From NCBI GenBank assembly GCA_964188305.1, contig OZ076895.1: DNA of 64,000 nucleotides, one strand, 5' to 3'. This document shows positions 1-12,983 of this stretch, piece after piece; the stretch's first letter is position 1; each line of letters opens with the position of its first letter. The position numbers were made by a program, and so were the translations under genes. This DNA comes from Podarcis bocagei. Taxonomy: Eukaryota. The notes below the pieces were generated by a model, which was not told the DNA's origin, made no database searches, and was given only the letters and a program-made list of their open reading frames with translations.

Positions 1-119
1 ATGTCAACGCCAACACTCTGAATTGTGCTCGGAAATGTACTGGGAGCCAATGTAGGTCTTTCAAGACCGGTGTTATGTGGTCTCGGCGGCCGCCCCAGTC
101 ACCAGTCTAGCTGCCGCAT
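1..119 (-). mobile_element. 5'-truncated L2 fragment (same family as the full-length copy), running off the window start
   Basis: Reverse complement aligns closely with about 37811-37930 of the intact L2 (NAAARLVTG..RDHITPVLKDLHWLPV..RAQF). Confidence 0.88.
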
Positions 120-740
120 GACTGGTCTTGACTATCCTTGAGCTCCAACCTTTCTCTAGCATCACCACTGGAAACAGGATAGAATCTAACCCTTGCCTCC
201 AGTGTATTAAGGCATCAGGCTAGTTAAGAGGTAGGTACATGTAGCTCTGAACTCCGAAGAATAGTCAAGGGCTTAGGGAGAAAAGCCCTATGGGAAGAAA
301 AGACTCCGCTGCTGCCTGAGGCTACTGTCTTTCTTCTTAACTGGAAAGACAGTGCTATCCAGACCAGGCAGTAATTTGAAACAAAGACAGGTGACCTTGG
401 AAGCTACAGCTGGGTGTCACCCTTTGCTGGGTGTTCCCCTTTGCCACATGACCTTGACGTGTATTACAATATGAAAACTTAAACCAATCATGAAGGGGGG
501 GGAAGCAGGGGTTCATTAAAACTCAACTGTCTGTTAATAGGACTGGATAGTTACTCAGGTCAATCAGAAAGCCCGATGAAAAGGAAAAGTCTACAGCTGG
601 CAACTAAAAATTGACATTATTGTCAGTGGGACCTCGAGAGGCAGCATTTTTCATAACTGGTAAGCATTTTGCCAGTGAGCAAGATCAAATAATCTCCCCT
701 CAGTTTGCAGAAGAAGTTCATAAATAAAGGGCTCCTAATA

Positions 741-990
741 TTGAGGCTCCAATACTTTGGCCACCTCATGAGAAGAGAAGACTCCCTGGAAAAGACCCTG
801 ATGTTGGGAAAGATGGAGGGCACAAGGAGAAGGGGACGACAGAGGACGGGATGGTTGGACAGTGTTCTTGAAGCTACGAACATGGGTTTGACCAAACTGC
901 GGGAGGCAGTGGAAGACAGGAGTGCCTGGCATGCTCTGGTCCATGGGGTCACGAAGAGTTGGACACGACTAAACGACTAAACAACAACAA
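741..990 (+). mobile_element. RTE-BovB LINE 3' fragment
   Basis: Encodes LRLQYFGHLMRREDSLEKTLMLGKMEGTRRRGRQRTGWLDSV...W..LVHGVTKS.TRLND and ends in a (CAA)n tail, typical of the BovB C-terminus. Confidence 0.9.
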
Positions 991-2004
991 TATTATCACA
1001 TTCATGTAAACAGATCAAAATCCCTGACTGAAATGGGGCATGAAAGGAAGCTTCATCCAGATATACCTGTCCTTGTTCTACTACCATATGTTCAACGATA
1101 TCTGATGTGCTGTCTTCTATATGAGAGTACAGCAATTAAGAGGGAAAGGAAATTCAGGACACCATGGGCGAGATTTCATACAATCCTCTCAGAACAACTA
1201 GATCGTTGTAGATTGTCTACTAAAATTAGCTGCTCTCTGAAAGTTATCTTAGACCGTGCTGCCAGAAATTCCACTGCTGATCCCTGAATGTCAAGCAGTA
1301 TTAAAATGCATCACCATAAATATATGCAATGATGATTTATATAGAACTTTCAGTTTGCAATAATGCATCTGTCTATGGCTGATACTAACAGCTGTGGTCA
1401 GTTGGTTAAAAATTTAGGCAATAAGATACTTCAAGCTTTATGGTGAGAAATAAGTGTTTCAAACACAAGAGCGTGATAAACTTTAATGCGTTTCCCCTTT
1501 ATACGAATTCACACACATAGCTGAACAGTGGATTTTAAATTTCCAATATCTACTACATAGTAGATTCTAAACATGCGAATATAGCTGAGTATGCAGCAGA
1601 ATTTCCTCCTGCAGCATCATATTTGTAAAATACAAACAATTTATAGTTAAAAGCAGAAATAAGGCTCAGCCAAAAGATTTCAGCGAAGTAAATTATTCAT
1701 TTTTGTTGAAATAAATCCATTTTTATATAGCTCCAGATGCTTCTTGGCAACCTGAATATGCAGTTTTGAGGGGAGCAAAAGGAAGCTTAAAATATTAAGG
1801 TCTGTAAAATGCTACTGTTTGTTACAAAAAATGACAGACACAAGCAAATCCTCTTTGCTTAGCCTGTCCCTTTATGGAAAAGGGATGCAAGCATTTGCTG
1901 AATGTGTTTTAAGGGTCCAATTTACCTTAGGACTAGGAGCCTTTAGAGCTCATTTGTTTGAAAATACAAAGAATGTGTACAATTTGTACCTTTTCCAAAC
2001 ACAT

Positions 2005-2143
2005 GAGGACATACCAGTTAACCTGTGGCAAACCAGATGTTTCTGAATTACAGCTCCCATCAGACCCAGCAAGGCCCAGTAGTCAGAGATGATATGAGCT
2101 GTAGTTCAATCAACATCTGGAAGGCTACAGGTTAGCCATCCTG
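2005..2143. mobile_element. Degenerate palindromic hAT-type MITE
   Basis: AACCTGTGG..CCAGATGTT..TACAGCTC and GAGCTGTAG..AACATCTGG..ACAGGTT form inverted arms; related to 39829-39966. Confidence 0.6.
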
Positions 2144-3020
2144 GTGGACTAACAGATTCAAGCCTCTTGAAACATGTAACACTGTCTCAAAAGTCTATGC
2201 TACATGAAACATGATTTTAGGTATATTTAAACTGCTGCACAGCAGAAGGTGATTTACAGAATGACGAACGAAGCTCTGCAAAGCATTTGTTAAGAGGTTA
2301 CCATGCAAATATATTTGTTTGCTTTGTTTAAAATATTTCTTAATCGTCCGTCATTAAAATATATCAGCGTGAATAAAAAGTCACAACTACCAAATAAATA
2401 TAATGGACGCATATCCTCCCAGGCACATCTTCCCTTCCTCAAGAATAACAAACACTACCACCACCACCATCAAACACCACATAAATTAAAAACAGTTAAA
2501 AGATTTTTTAAAAACAACAACACAGTTAAAACAATTGTTTTAACAATTGTGGCCCTGTCTCTGCTTTGTAGCTGGTGCTGCAGCTAGGAGATGCAGAGTG
2601 ACTGCAGGTGCAGAGGTCACAAGACTACAGCTGCGCTCAGCGGCTGGGGCTGGCTTGCCTAATGGTGAGAGGCTCAGCAGGTAGAAGGCTACCAGGAAGG
2701 AAGAGATAGATGTAGATGGCGAAAAGACTGAATAGTAGAGAAGGGGCAGTGGGTATACTGAATCAAAAGCCTTGCTTCCTATTGTAGCTTTGCGGGGGGA
2801 GACCCCCAAAGAGAAAGAAGAATGGCAGCTGAAACTGATGGAGTATGAGGAGATGGCGAGATTGACAGGGAAGATCAGAAACCAGGAAGATCAAATATTT
2901 ACTAAAGACTGGAGTAAAATTGTAATTTACTTAAAAGACCACTGTAAACAGTTAAAATCTTTGGCATGGATGTAAGGACACTTGTAATGTGGAATTATTT
3001 ATGATAATTATGGTTAATTA

Positions 3021-3210
3021 CCATTTACCTTCCCGCCGGAGAGGTACCTATTTATCTACTTGCACTTTGACATGCTTTCGAACTGCTTGCTGGGCAGGAG
3101 CTGGGACCGAGCAATGGGAGCTCACCCCGTCGCAGGGATTTGAACCGCCAACCTTCTGATCAGCAAGCCCTAGGCTCAGTGGTTTAGAACATAGCACTAC
3201 CTGCATCCCC
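3021..3210 (-). mobile_element. Sauria SINE, 5' half only
   Basis: Reverse complement of the head (tRNA-like box A/B region to GGGAAGGTAAA) of the copies at 3241, 23328 and 55004. Confidence 0.88.
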
Positions 3211-3240
3211 TAAATAATAGATAGATAAAGGTAAAAGAGT

Positions 3241-3603
3241 GGGACACGGGTGGCTAAACCACAGAGCCTAGGACTTGCCGATCAGAAGGTCGGTGGTTCG
3301 AATCCCCGTGATGGGGTGAGCTCCCGTTGCTTGGTCCCTGCTCCTGCCAACCTAGCAGTTCGAAAGCATGTCAAAGTGCAAGTAGATAAATATGTACCAC
3401 TCCGGCGGGAGTAAGTAGGTCCACTCCGGCGGGAAGGTAAACGGCGTTTCCGTGTGCTGCTCTGGTTCGCCAGAAGCAGTTTAGTCATGCTAGCCACATG
3501 ACCCGGAAGCTGTACGCTGGCTCCCTCGGCCAATAAAGCGAGATGAGCGCCGCAACCCCAGAGTCAGTCACGACTGGACCTAATGGTCAGGGGTCCCTTT
3601 ACC
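3241..3603 (+). mobile_element. Sauria SINE with 13-bp TSD
   Basis: GGGACAC..GGTTCGAATCCC..GGACCTAATGGTCAGGGGTCCCTTTACC. TSD TAAAGGTAAAAGA at 3226-3238 and 3604-3616. Small internal duplication of CCACTCCGGCGGGA. Confidence 0.93.
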
Positions 3604-5904
3604 TAAAGGTAAAAGATGAGGCAAACTTAATTTTAAATATGGAATCCATGGAGGGAGGGAAGGAGGTCCGAAGGTTCAAAAGAACCTTGTATTTAAATGT
3701 TTGAAAAGGTTATGTTTTATATGTATGAAATTATCAAAAACCTAAAAAAAAATATTATTTTTAAAAAAGACCCCTAAAGAGTGGAATAGCCCTTGGATTG
3801 GAAATAGAAACCTAACATGCAGTTCCCCACCCAGTTAAGAAATTATAGCTGGATGTGAATGAAGTATGTAGCAACAAACGCTATATTTTCATGAGGACAT
3901 TTTTTGCCCTGCATTGTGTTAGTGCTCACAATTTAATACAAAAATAGGAAACTTATATGCAGTGTAGAACTTTGAACTGGGCTTGCATCAACAAAAATAT
4001 TGTGATTAATGACAGCTTTGCTCTTTAAGTGATACGTGTAACAGAGAAAGATCAATTGTGAGACTTCTAGTATAGTCCCAAGAGAAATCTGATGACTTTT
4101 AATAACGCATCCCTAAAGTCTGTGTGATAGAAATACTATTGTACATTACTTAAATCATAGCACAAAAAGGGAAAGGTAGGGAAAGATTCATTAGTTGCCC
4201 AAGAGAATACCAAAGTCTTAATTATGCCAGACAAAAATTGTTATATGAAGTGAAAGATTAGGAACTGTTTAATATATGCAGGCAGTGAGGCACCTTGTTT
4301 AGCATACTAATTGAATGTCATCTTAGTATTTAAGGGACAAGGGGGAAAGAGGCAATTATATTTTACTTTATTTCTCAGTGGGGGCAAATTGTAACAAAAT
4401 CTGGATTTACATAATCTGAATAGAGGAGGTATGCATTCTGTTCCAGATTTAAAAGACTATGCCTGTAGGGTCTTCCTTTTGGTTTATCCCCAGTTAATAA
4501 AAATGTCTCCTGACTCGAAAATAAAAATGCACAGAAAAATAAAAATGAAAACATTCCACAAATATTGGTGCAAAGCAACATGTGCTACAATGCCCAGAAC
4601 ACTTAAATTAATTCACTTCCACTTAAAACGCTCCTTGTTTTATTAAATACAATAAGTGTAAGACAAGGGATGTCAGCTTGAATACAGACTTAACTGAAGC
4701 ACTCTGTGCAAGTAAGAGAGGTGAAGAACACATTGTTGAGGCTTCCAAAAAGCTGCTCAGCTTGCCATCTGTGGCAAGTAAGAACTATTTCCTAGTGAGC
4801 AAGTGAACTTTCACAAGCTAGGGGTCTTGTTTGTTTCATGCTGTCAGTAACTAACACATGTGTGTGCTATGTGGGTTTTATCTGCAAGGTTGTGTTAACA
4901 GAGCAAATATGAGATTCACTGAATACTGGAAAGAAATTAGGGGATAGTGAAGGTAACTAGGTGCACTTTCATTTCAATTCCTGACTGAATTTGAGGAAGC
5001 AGCAGCTCTGGTGGGAAATAAAGAATAGCCCGGAAATAGAGAGCAAAAAGAAATAAAAAATTGTCAAGACTGGTAGTGCTGGTGGTCTTTTGCAGAATAA
5101 TTTGGAGGTCCAATGACACCTTTTGTTACTAGTGAAGCGCATAGCTTCCTATGACTGTTATGTGCAATTTCTTTTGTTCTGTTTCTATGGTATCATTTGT
5201 TTGTGTTCTTAAAGGTGTTGTAGGACACTCTGTGTAACAATTGATTAACAAGTTGAAATGGTGATGGTGGTGATAATTTCAAAACAAATATTTATCTGAG
5301 TGTACATTTATATCTATATAAAACTATATCTATATACAAAACTCAGGCTCATGAGTTCCCCATCTTCTCTGGCACCACCACAAAGAAGAGATTGGATGCT
5401 TTTGTTTCTGTTTCTATCTATCCACTCTTTGCCACTGTGTCCAAACCCTGACAAACTGTGGTTATTCTTAACTATGGCTTATGGAAACAAAGCGAGCTTC
5501 AAACAGTAGTATGGAAGTATGGCTCTTATGTTACACAAAACTATAGTTTAGCATTATCTCATAACTTGTGTAGCTCATGTCTGGGTTTCATCATTCAGTC
5601 TCATTGTCAGCTACTGTGAAAGAGAAATACCTGCATGGGAAATAACTCTGCAGTTCCCTCTAATCTTATCATACCAGTAAACCTCCATCTGTTTACAGAT
5701 GTTAACACTGTGGATATAAGACTGGCCCATGTGTGACTGATCTTATATCAAAATGTCAATGAATTAACCAGATCTCTAGTGTATTTAAGTGTGAAGATAA
5801 AAGGGAGGCAAAGGGATAGTTTATTGTTGTTGAGTATACATATAATCATACTGTATTCATACTGTTTCTGTGTCAGAACTGTCATGGAATGCAACTTTTT
5901 AGAC

Positions 5905-6043
5905 CAGGTGTGGGGAAACCTTTGGCCCCCCAGATGTTGCTGAAGTACAACTCCCATCAGCATCCACAAGCATGGCTATTTCCCAGGGATTATGGGAGTT
6001 GTACGTCAACAACATCTGGAAAGCCAAAGGTTTCCCGCAGCTG
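5905..6043. mobile_element. Palindromic hAT-type MITE
   Basis: CAG..GGGAAACCTTTGGC..CCAGATGTTG..TACAACTCCCAT pairs with ATGGGAGTTGTA..CAACATCTGG..GCCAAAGGTTTCCC..CTG. Degenerate 8-bp TSD. Confidence 0.75.
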
Positions 6044-7132
6044 ATCTAAACAATGACCTAAATATTTTATAGCCTAACTTATGCATGAAGAAATCCAACT
6101 GTATGAGAAATCCAAATGTAAAAAGATATATTTTATAATTTGCATATATCTATATCTATGTATATAAATGAAGGATGCTCCTTCAACATGTGTCTGGGCA
6201 GATCAAGAACATCTTCCATTTTTGTACTAAGAGCCCAGGCACCTTGATCTAATTTGTAAGTGTTTGTTAACAGAGTCAATTTCTATTTATTTCGCTTGAA
6301 TTGTTCCTTATGGACCCAGACACCCAATCAACACCAAGCTTAGTTAATTGGCTTCACTAGAATAAAAAAAAAGTAATTTAGCAGAATCAACAGCTAAAAC
6401 GGAGATGCAAAATGAAATCCAAAGTTAATCAATTTCAACAAGGAAGAGAGAAATCGTTTAGACCATAGGAGCTCTGCAATCCTATAACCTCCAGAGCATG
6501 AACAAATCATGATCAAAATGAGGGCCCTGAACTCAGCTTAGATTGTCTTTTATAAAGGTATCCACATTCAGCAGATAAAGAAGAGCACATAGTTACTAAG
6601 ATTTTGCATAAACTAACATTTATTCTGATACCTATTTTGGTATATGCAGTACTTATCAGATAGATGAGCCATTGCATATGGCATGACAAAAGGGAAACAA
6701 CAATTAGAATACCAGACTTATTTTCTAGATTTCCTAGATAGAAATTATATGAACTGGCTCTGTTCAAATTACATGGTAAGTCATAAACTATGTCTTACCA
6801 TGAATGGACAGCATGCTAGTGCATGCTCTTGAATTGTTACCATTTCACCCTTTACTCCCTATAGCCAAGAGAAACCACAAACCTTGACTTATCATGATGT
6901 GTGAACCAACATTAATAGTTTCTACCAAATCAACCATGACTGGTAAGCCAAGGACAAACCTTGGATTATTATCATGGTTTGCAGAGAAACAAGTTGTGAG
7001 TGCTGATATACTCGTCATGGTAACTCCAGCCTGATGGTTTGTTTCTCTTGGCTCCAAGAAGGATGGAGCAATGCAGGAATCATTCATCAGCATGGATTTA
7101 TTCCTTAACTGTGCTGTGTCAATATGGGCGGA

Positions 7133-7154
7133 CACACACACACACACACACACA
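7133..7154. repeat. (AC)n microsatellite
   Basis: Direct inspection. Confidence 0.9.
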
Positions 7155-7779
7155 AATACACAGACACTGGCTTGGATCCAAAGATGTCTTGCACAAGTGG
7201 TCTTTTGCTTCTATAAGGTAGCCTAGTCAAATTCTACAAATTCCCTTGACCTGCTGCAGTCTCCCATGCCCCATCACATTGCAGTCCAAAGGGTCCAACA
7301 GCTGTCAGGAATGGCTTCTCAGAGAAAGGAAGCTGTAGTAGGGGAATGATGATGAACTGTCACAACCCCATGCCAACCTGGTGCATATTCATGTGTTCTT
7401 TTCAAGTAGGGCAGCCATCCATGCAATATGGTAGGCTGGTTATTATAGACTCCCCGAATTATATTCAACTGGCCTGCAACTAGACCTATTTTTTGAGTTT
7501 CAGGAACATCTACCGATCAGTCAAGTTTCTTAGGTATCCTGTTTTTCTTTCTGAAGCACCCCCACCGCCGCAACCAAAGAAAAGGCCTGCTGAAATCGAT
7601 TCACTCTGAAAGGCACTAAAGTTGCACAGTTTAAGAAATATTTTGTAGACGTTAATCCATCAATTTGCAAATGTGGTAAATTAGTATTGACTAGGGTGAG
7701 TCGGACTATTACTGTTGTTTAGACCCATTGCTTATGTTTGTTTTAAAGGTATCTGATTGTTTAATATTGCATTGGCTTT

Positions 7780-8004
7780 GACTATCTAGAAAACAACACA
7801 TGCAAACCTTGGCTGACAAAAGGAACCACGGACCAGTTTCACAAGTAGTGCTAAGCCATAGTTTACCTAAACCAAGGTTTATAAAACAACAAACCATGGC
7901 TTACAAGCTTAGTGTGTTTGTGATTAACAAACTATATTTAAGATGCTGGGTTGGGTTTGGATAATTGAATTAAACCATGGCTTGGGTTATGTGCAAACCA
8001 GGCC
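7780..8004. repeat. Degenerate interspersed repeat rich in AAACCATGG motifs (MITE-like; similar patches near 5430-5570, 6780-7040, 30910-31250)
   Basis: Recurrent AAACCA(T/A)(G/A)G(C/T)TT motifs and a ...ATGTGCAAACCAGGCC end. Family not assignable by eye. Confidence 0.35.
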
Positions 8005-8544
8005 ACTGTGTCACCATTTGCAAGTCTAAAGCAGCCCTTCTTTTTATGTCGACCACCCAGTGATCAACTTATACAACTACACTGTAAGTGTCAGAAACCC
8101 CACTGCTGTTACTATGGATTTCCAAGTCTTCACACTCAGCACATGCTTACAAGGCAGAAGTTGACAGAATGTATTACTAAGCCATTTAGGGGCATCTTCA
8201 TGAATTCCTGTGCATCTTGTATGCCTTCTTCCTGCAACATCTGCAGCAAAACTTCTGCCAAGTGTATTACTCTGCTTTCCTTTGGTCCACAGCAGCAAGA
8301 CCAAGTGGGTGGTCGTGTCATCTGAGCAGCCCAAGACCTCCATACACACTGCCCAGGCTTGTGTCCCAAAGAGCTCACTTTGGTGTTGCTAATGCAGCAA
8401 AAACAATACAGGTGGCAGCAGTTACTGGTTTCTGCAGCCACAGCAGGCACCAGTGGTTTGACTTCACTCCCAGAGGCACATGCCATTGTCACCTGAGACA
8501 GACAGATGCCAAAAACAGCTGCAACAACTACTTGCACATGAGCC

Positions 8545-8798
8545 TAATAATAATAATAATAATTTATTTGCACCCTGCCCATCTGGCTGAATTTCTCCAG
8601 ACACTCTGGGCGGCTCCCAATCGAGTGTTAAAAACAATACAGCATTAAATATTAAAAACTTCCCTAAACATAGGATAGCTGCTTATTTCCTTGACATCTG
8701 ATGGGAGGGCGTTCCACAGGGCAGGCGCCACTACTGAGAAGGACCTCTGTCTGGTTCCCTGTAACCTCACTTCTCGCAATGAGGGAACAGCCAGAAGC
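8545..8798 (-). mobile_element. L2 3' fragment with (TTA)n tail
   Basis: Reverse complement matches the ORF end (VAPALWNALP) and 3' stem-loop of the intact L2. Confidence 0.85.
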
Positions 8799-11595
8799 CA
8801 CACCTGAATTTCCTAATTTATCACCTCATATTTATGATAAGTAAGGAAAACCATGTGTATTTGAAGAGGGATAGCTAATTGTGACCAGTAGTGGTAGGCA
8901 CAAATGATGAACAAAGTGTCAAAATACCACATAGATGATTTATCAAAATTACACCTGAAGGACAGGCATTCAGGTGCACTTAGAGGAATGAAGTTACATA
9001 CAGGAAAAAATGTATGTAACTAATGATCTGAAACCTGAGTATATTCAGCCTTGCTCTCTTTCCTATTACCTTTTAATATTAAAATAAAGCCCCTATGCTC
9101 CAACTTACATTTATACCATTAAGCTGACTAACATATGAATTATTCTAGCAGGTGGGCTTGTGTGGTTTTAAGAGCAATGCAACACAATCAACTGCATAAT
9201 ATCATATTTCCAGGACAGAAAAGGCCCAAGCAAGCCTAATTTTAACATTAAACTACTCAAGTTCCCATAGGGACCATTATTTCGTTTGACCCCAAGAATT
9301 AATTGAAGCCTTAAAACAAAATAGATTACCTATTTAATGCAGCTGAGTTGGACTTTAGCCTTTGTATGGCATGTCCGAATGCCAAGCCAATTAATCTGTG
9401 TTACCCTTATACTTTCTTCTTAAAATGAAGTGCCAAAAAAGGAAAACATACACCAAACAAACACTTCATGCAATCTTAAAAAATTAGACTGATAATCATT
9501 TTAAATCATACTAATTCTCCCTTTTGAAAGTGAAATGAAAAGACTGATAAATTGTTTTCCTTTGGTAAAGGGCCAAACATATGGTTTCCTTACTTTGAAT
9601 CAAGCACACCTGGCCAAATAAATCACACCAATACTGAAAACCAAATTTATTTCACAATTTCATATACGATGCACATTCTGGGTAGACAATGCAAGAACGA
9701 CCATGATACCAATAAGTAGAAGAGAGAACTAAACTGTCAAACTTTAAACCTGAAGGCTAAAAATGTCAATCTACAGTAAAAGTAGCAACATTTTTAAAGT
9801 AGGAACCAGCTGGCCAGACCAGTGAGACAAAAGCCACTGGGCATATTCCTTGAAATTCATGGAAAACAGATGGTGCAAGTGACTTAATATTAACAAGTTA
9901 GCACTAAATTGTTAATAATAGGTCTAACTGGAGTTATTGTTCTTTGAAAGCACCAAACACATTGTAATCGAAGAGTTAAACAGACCCACTATTTGAACTT
10001 TTATTTTTGCATGAAACCTTAGTTCAAATAAAATACAACACCCATGAGCATTTATCTTCTCAAGCTTAGAATTGTCCAAAGCTTTCTACAGGGAGTTAGT
10101 TCAACTACCTTACTGTGTAGTGAGCAAGGAAGAAGAAGAAGAGATTTGTGGGGCCATGTGCAAGCCTAGCTTCAGTCCTTTTCAATAATTATGGTAAGTG
10201 GAAGTACGAATAATTTGTTTGTCCCTTTCCCAGTTTGTTTAGAAGAAGTCGGTTCAGGGAATCTAGTCAATGTACAATGGCAGCTACCTAGAACATTAAA
10301 TCTCAAGTCCTGAAGATCACACCTGACTAAGAATAACCTTGCTATATTAAAATATATAGTTCTTTAGGTTCTTTGTCACAAGAAAATAAAATGAATGTCC
10401 AACTTGCATAATATAAACCCTTTTCAGACATTCAGCTGAATGTAGGTTGTGGGCACTATGGGATCATGGTCACAAGCAGTTTGCTGACTAAACACACACA
10501 TTTGCAGATATAAACAGAGCCATATGGTAGCCAGAAGATTATGATGGTTTTATATCAACTGGTTGCCCATCTGTGTGCTAATCCTGACAAACTCCTTACT
10601 AGTCTAGGTCAGGACCAAGCGAAAGACTGCTTTAAGCCCATAGGAACTTACCAAGCCCTTCAATCAGCTTTGGGTGCCCTGTTTCAATGGGCTGTAGACT
10701 GGAAGAAAGGTCTTGGGCAAGGAGCAAACTATTAAATGCAAGCTCGCTCTCCCGAGGCGATTGGCCCAAAGCAGGCCACATGGGGAGGAAGAAATGCCCC
10801 CTCACCCTCCAAAGAAAGCCACATTCCTTCCTCCTTGGGGTGGAGAAAACCCACTCACAAATGAAAGTAAGGTGTGACCTTTTCAGTGGTGGTAGTGGTA
10901 TTGGGACAATTCTGGAGATTCCCTCTTGGGAAGATCCAGCAGGCCCTCTTTTTTTAATCACTTCTAGATATGATCTTAAGATTATTTTATTTCAACAGGC
11001 ATTCAGAGTTTGAAATTTGTCTTGCCTGATTCATCTGCTACTGCTTTTTTAGTCTGAGTTTTACGTATTGATCTTTTGTTGCTTTAAATTGGTTTTATTG
11101 ACTGTACAGCACTTTGGATACACAAATATAGGAAAGTGGTTTATACATAATCTAAAAAAAACCAAAACAGTGCAGACATCTAGGCTTCTCTCTGTCTATT
11201 CAAGGAGCCTGGTACCTCCCCCCCCCCAAAAAAAAACCTTCTGTGGAAGACATTACACACATACATTTGTACACATGTATGGGTCTAGTTGCCCATGTGA
11301 ATGTACATTTATAGGTCATCGGGGATGAGGTCTGTTTCCATAATCCTCGTCTATGAACTTTGAAAGTATGAAGAGGGAATAATACATTCCCTAAACTTTA
11401 AAAAAATTAATTTAACAGAAAAACAGAAATTTGTACCGTGGGCAGAACAATAAGGTCTCAGTGTCTCATATATAATGGCCAATATAAATAATCTTGAATG
11501 AAACTGCAGGAATCGAATGGGGAGTTACAAATAATCTAATCACCTTGATGGTGAAAATGCTGAATTTTCTTTTCAAATGTTTGCTTTGTACTCAC

Positions 11596-11674
11596 CCATC
11601 ATGTTATATAAACTTTGTGGTGCAAACTGCCTTGGCATTTTCTGTATTGCTTCTTTGTAAACTGTAAGGGCATC
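11596..11674 (-). CDS. TMTC2: TMTC2 coding exon (79 bp; exon 7 equivalent; TPR)
   Basis: ttctttctctcttcgtccccccag|GATGCC...ATGATGG|gtgagt. Reads DALTVYKEAIQKMPRQFAPQSLYNMM(G), phase 0 in. Confidence 0.96.
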
Positions 11675-12226
11675 CTGGGGGGACGAAGAGAGAAAGAAAA
11701 AAAAATGTTCTTATTAGAGAATTCAGAAGCAATTTCTACATGCAAATTTAATACAAGAAAGATGCAATTGTCTTCATTAATCATGAAGAGGGTCGCATTT
11801 CCCACTTATAAAAAAGTCAACAAAAAAGATGAGTCTCTTCAACGCAATGCAGAATAATTTTCATCATTTCCCATCTAATTTGAAGAAGGGGAAATGGAAT
11901 ATTTAATAACTTCCAAAGGCTCATTAGCTTACATTTAAAATTCAGTAGAATTACACAATATACAAATTAGGATTTAACTACAGACAAGTATTTTTATTAT
12001 CATGTGATTCAAATGCTCACAATGATAGCTCTCAATCTACTATAAACACAAATCACTATTACAATCTGTATTGTTTCATACAAAAGGCTGGAAGAATATG
12101 AAGGACAACTGATTTATGCAGAATGCATAAAATACAAGCAGCTTTGCATTGAGGCTTATTCAGCTGGGCTACCTTAGCCCAAGCATAAACATACAAAAAC
12201 CACAGGACAAGGGTCAAAGCTCACTA

Positions 12227-12682
12227 GGGAGCTTAGAGATAGAGAAACTCCTTTGCATGCAGAAAGCCCCCAGTTCCTGGCATCTCCACATGGGGCTTGA
12301 AAAGACTCCTGTCTAAAACCCTGGAGAACTGCTGTCAGTCAGTGCAAAGAGTATTGAAGCAGATGCAGGACCTGCCTGCTCATAAGGCTCAATGAGGCAG
12401 TCACCTCAAGTAGCAGGCTGGGGACAACTGGGAGGTGCCATTTGCTGCCTCCTGCACTTGTCACCCTCTGCCACCTCCTTCACCACCACTCCTCCTGCCT
12501 GCTCCTCTCTGGCCTCCTTTATTCTCCCCCGCTGCATTTAGCATGCCAGGGCTTCCCTGGGCCACCTCCAGTAACACCAGGCAGTGGTGGAGGTGGAGAG
12601 ATGGAGCAGGTGTGTGTGCATTTTCTAGCCCTGGTTGGATGGACCCATGAGTATAAGGGTATAAAGCAGCTTCCTATGTTCC
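12227..12682 (+). mobile_element. tRNA-derived squamate SINE (Squam3-like), split by an insertion at about 12366-12633
   Basis: TTTGCATGCAGAAAG..CCTGGCATCTCC..AAACCCTGGAGA..GTCAGT..AGATG resumes at GATGGACCCA..ATAAAGCAGCTTCCTATGTTCC. The insert begins CAGG and ends CCCTG (hAT-like ends). Confidence 0.6.
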
Positions 12683-12983
12683 AATGGTTGTTCACAGTTT
12701 ATTTATTGAAATTGCTTGAAATTTATGTTCCTTCTCACAGAATGACACCCTCCCATACCCTTTGCAGATCTCTAGAAGTATCATGCTGGGTTCAAAGCCA
12801 TGTTGTCACAAATAAAAATTCTGCCTTCCCTGTGCTGCCTCGCGAAAGGCTCCAAACCTTCAGGAAATGCAAAGGTGGAACACTGCTAAGCACAGCTCTG
12901 GCCTCAACCAATTGGTTTTAAGCAACTATTATAATGAAGCTTGTGAAGGTATCTAACATGGTTGTGGAAGAAAAAGCTCTCAC

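Larger units (their letters stand above)
2772..3770 (+). mobile_element. Probable L1-clade LINE 3' fragment, interrupted by two Sauria SINEs
   Basis: ORF 2772-2975 (EEWQLKLMEYEEMARLTGKIR...FTKDWSK..YL) resembles the squamate L1 ORF2 C-terminus. AT-rich UTR and A-rich tail near 3740-3770. Confidence 0.5.

Noticed and set aside
1-11595. Next TMTC2 exon (EAYMRL...KLLALT type)
   Set aside because: I found no matching coding segment with splice sites; it probably lies beyond the window start.
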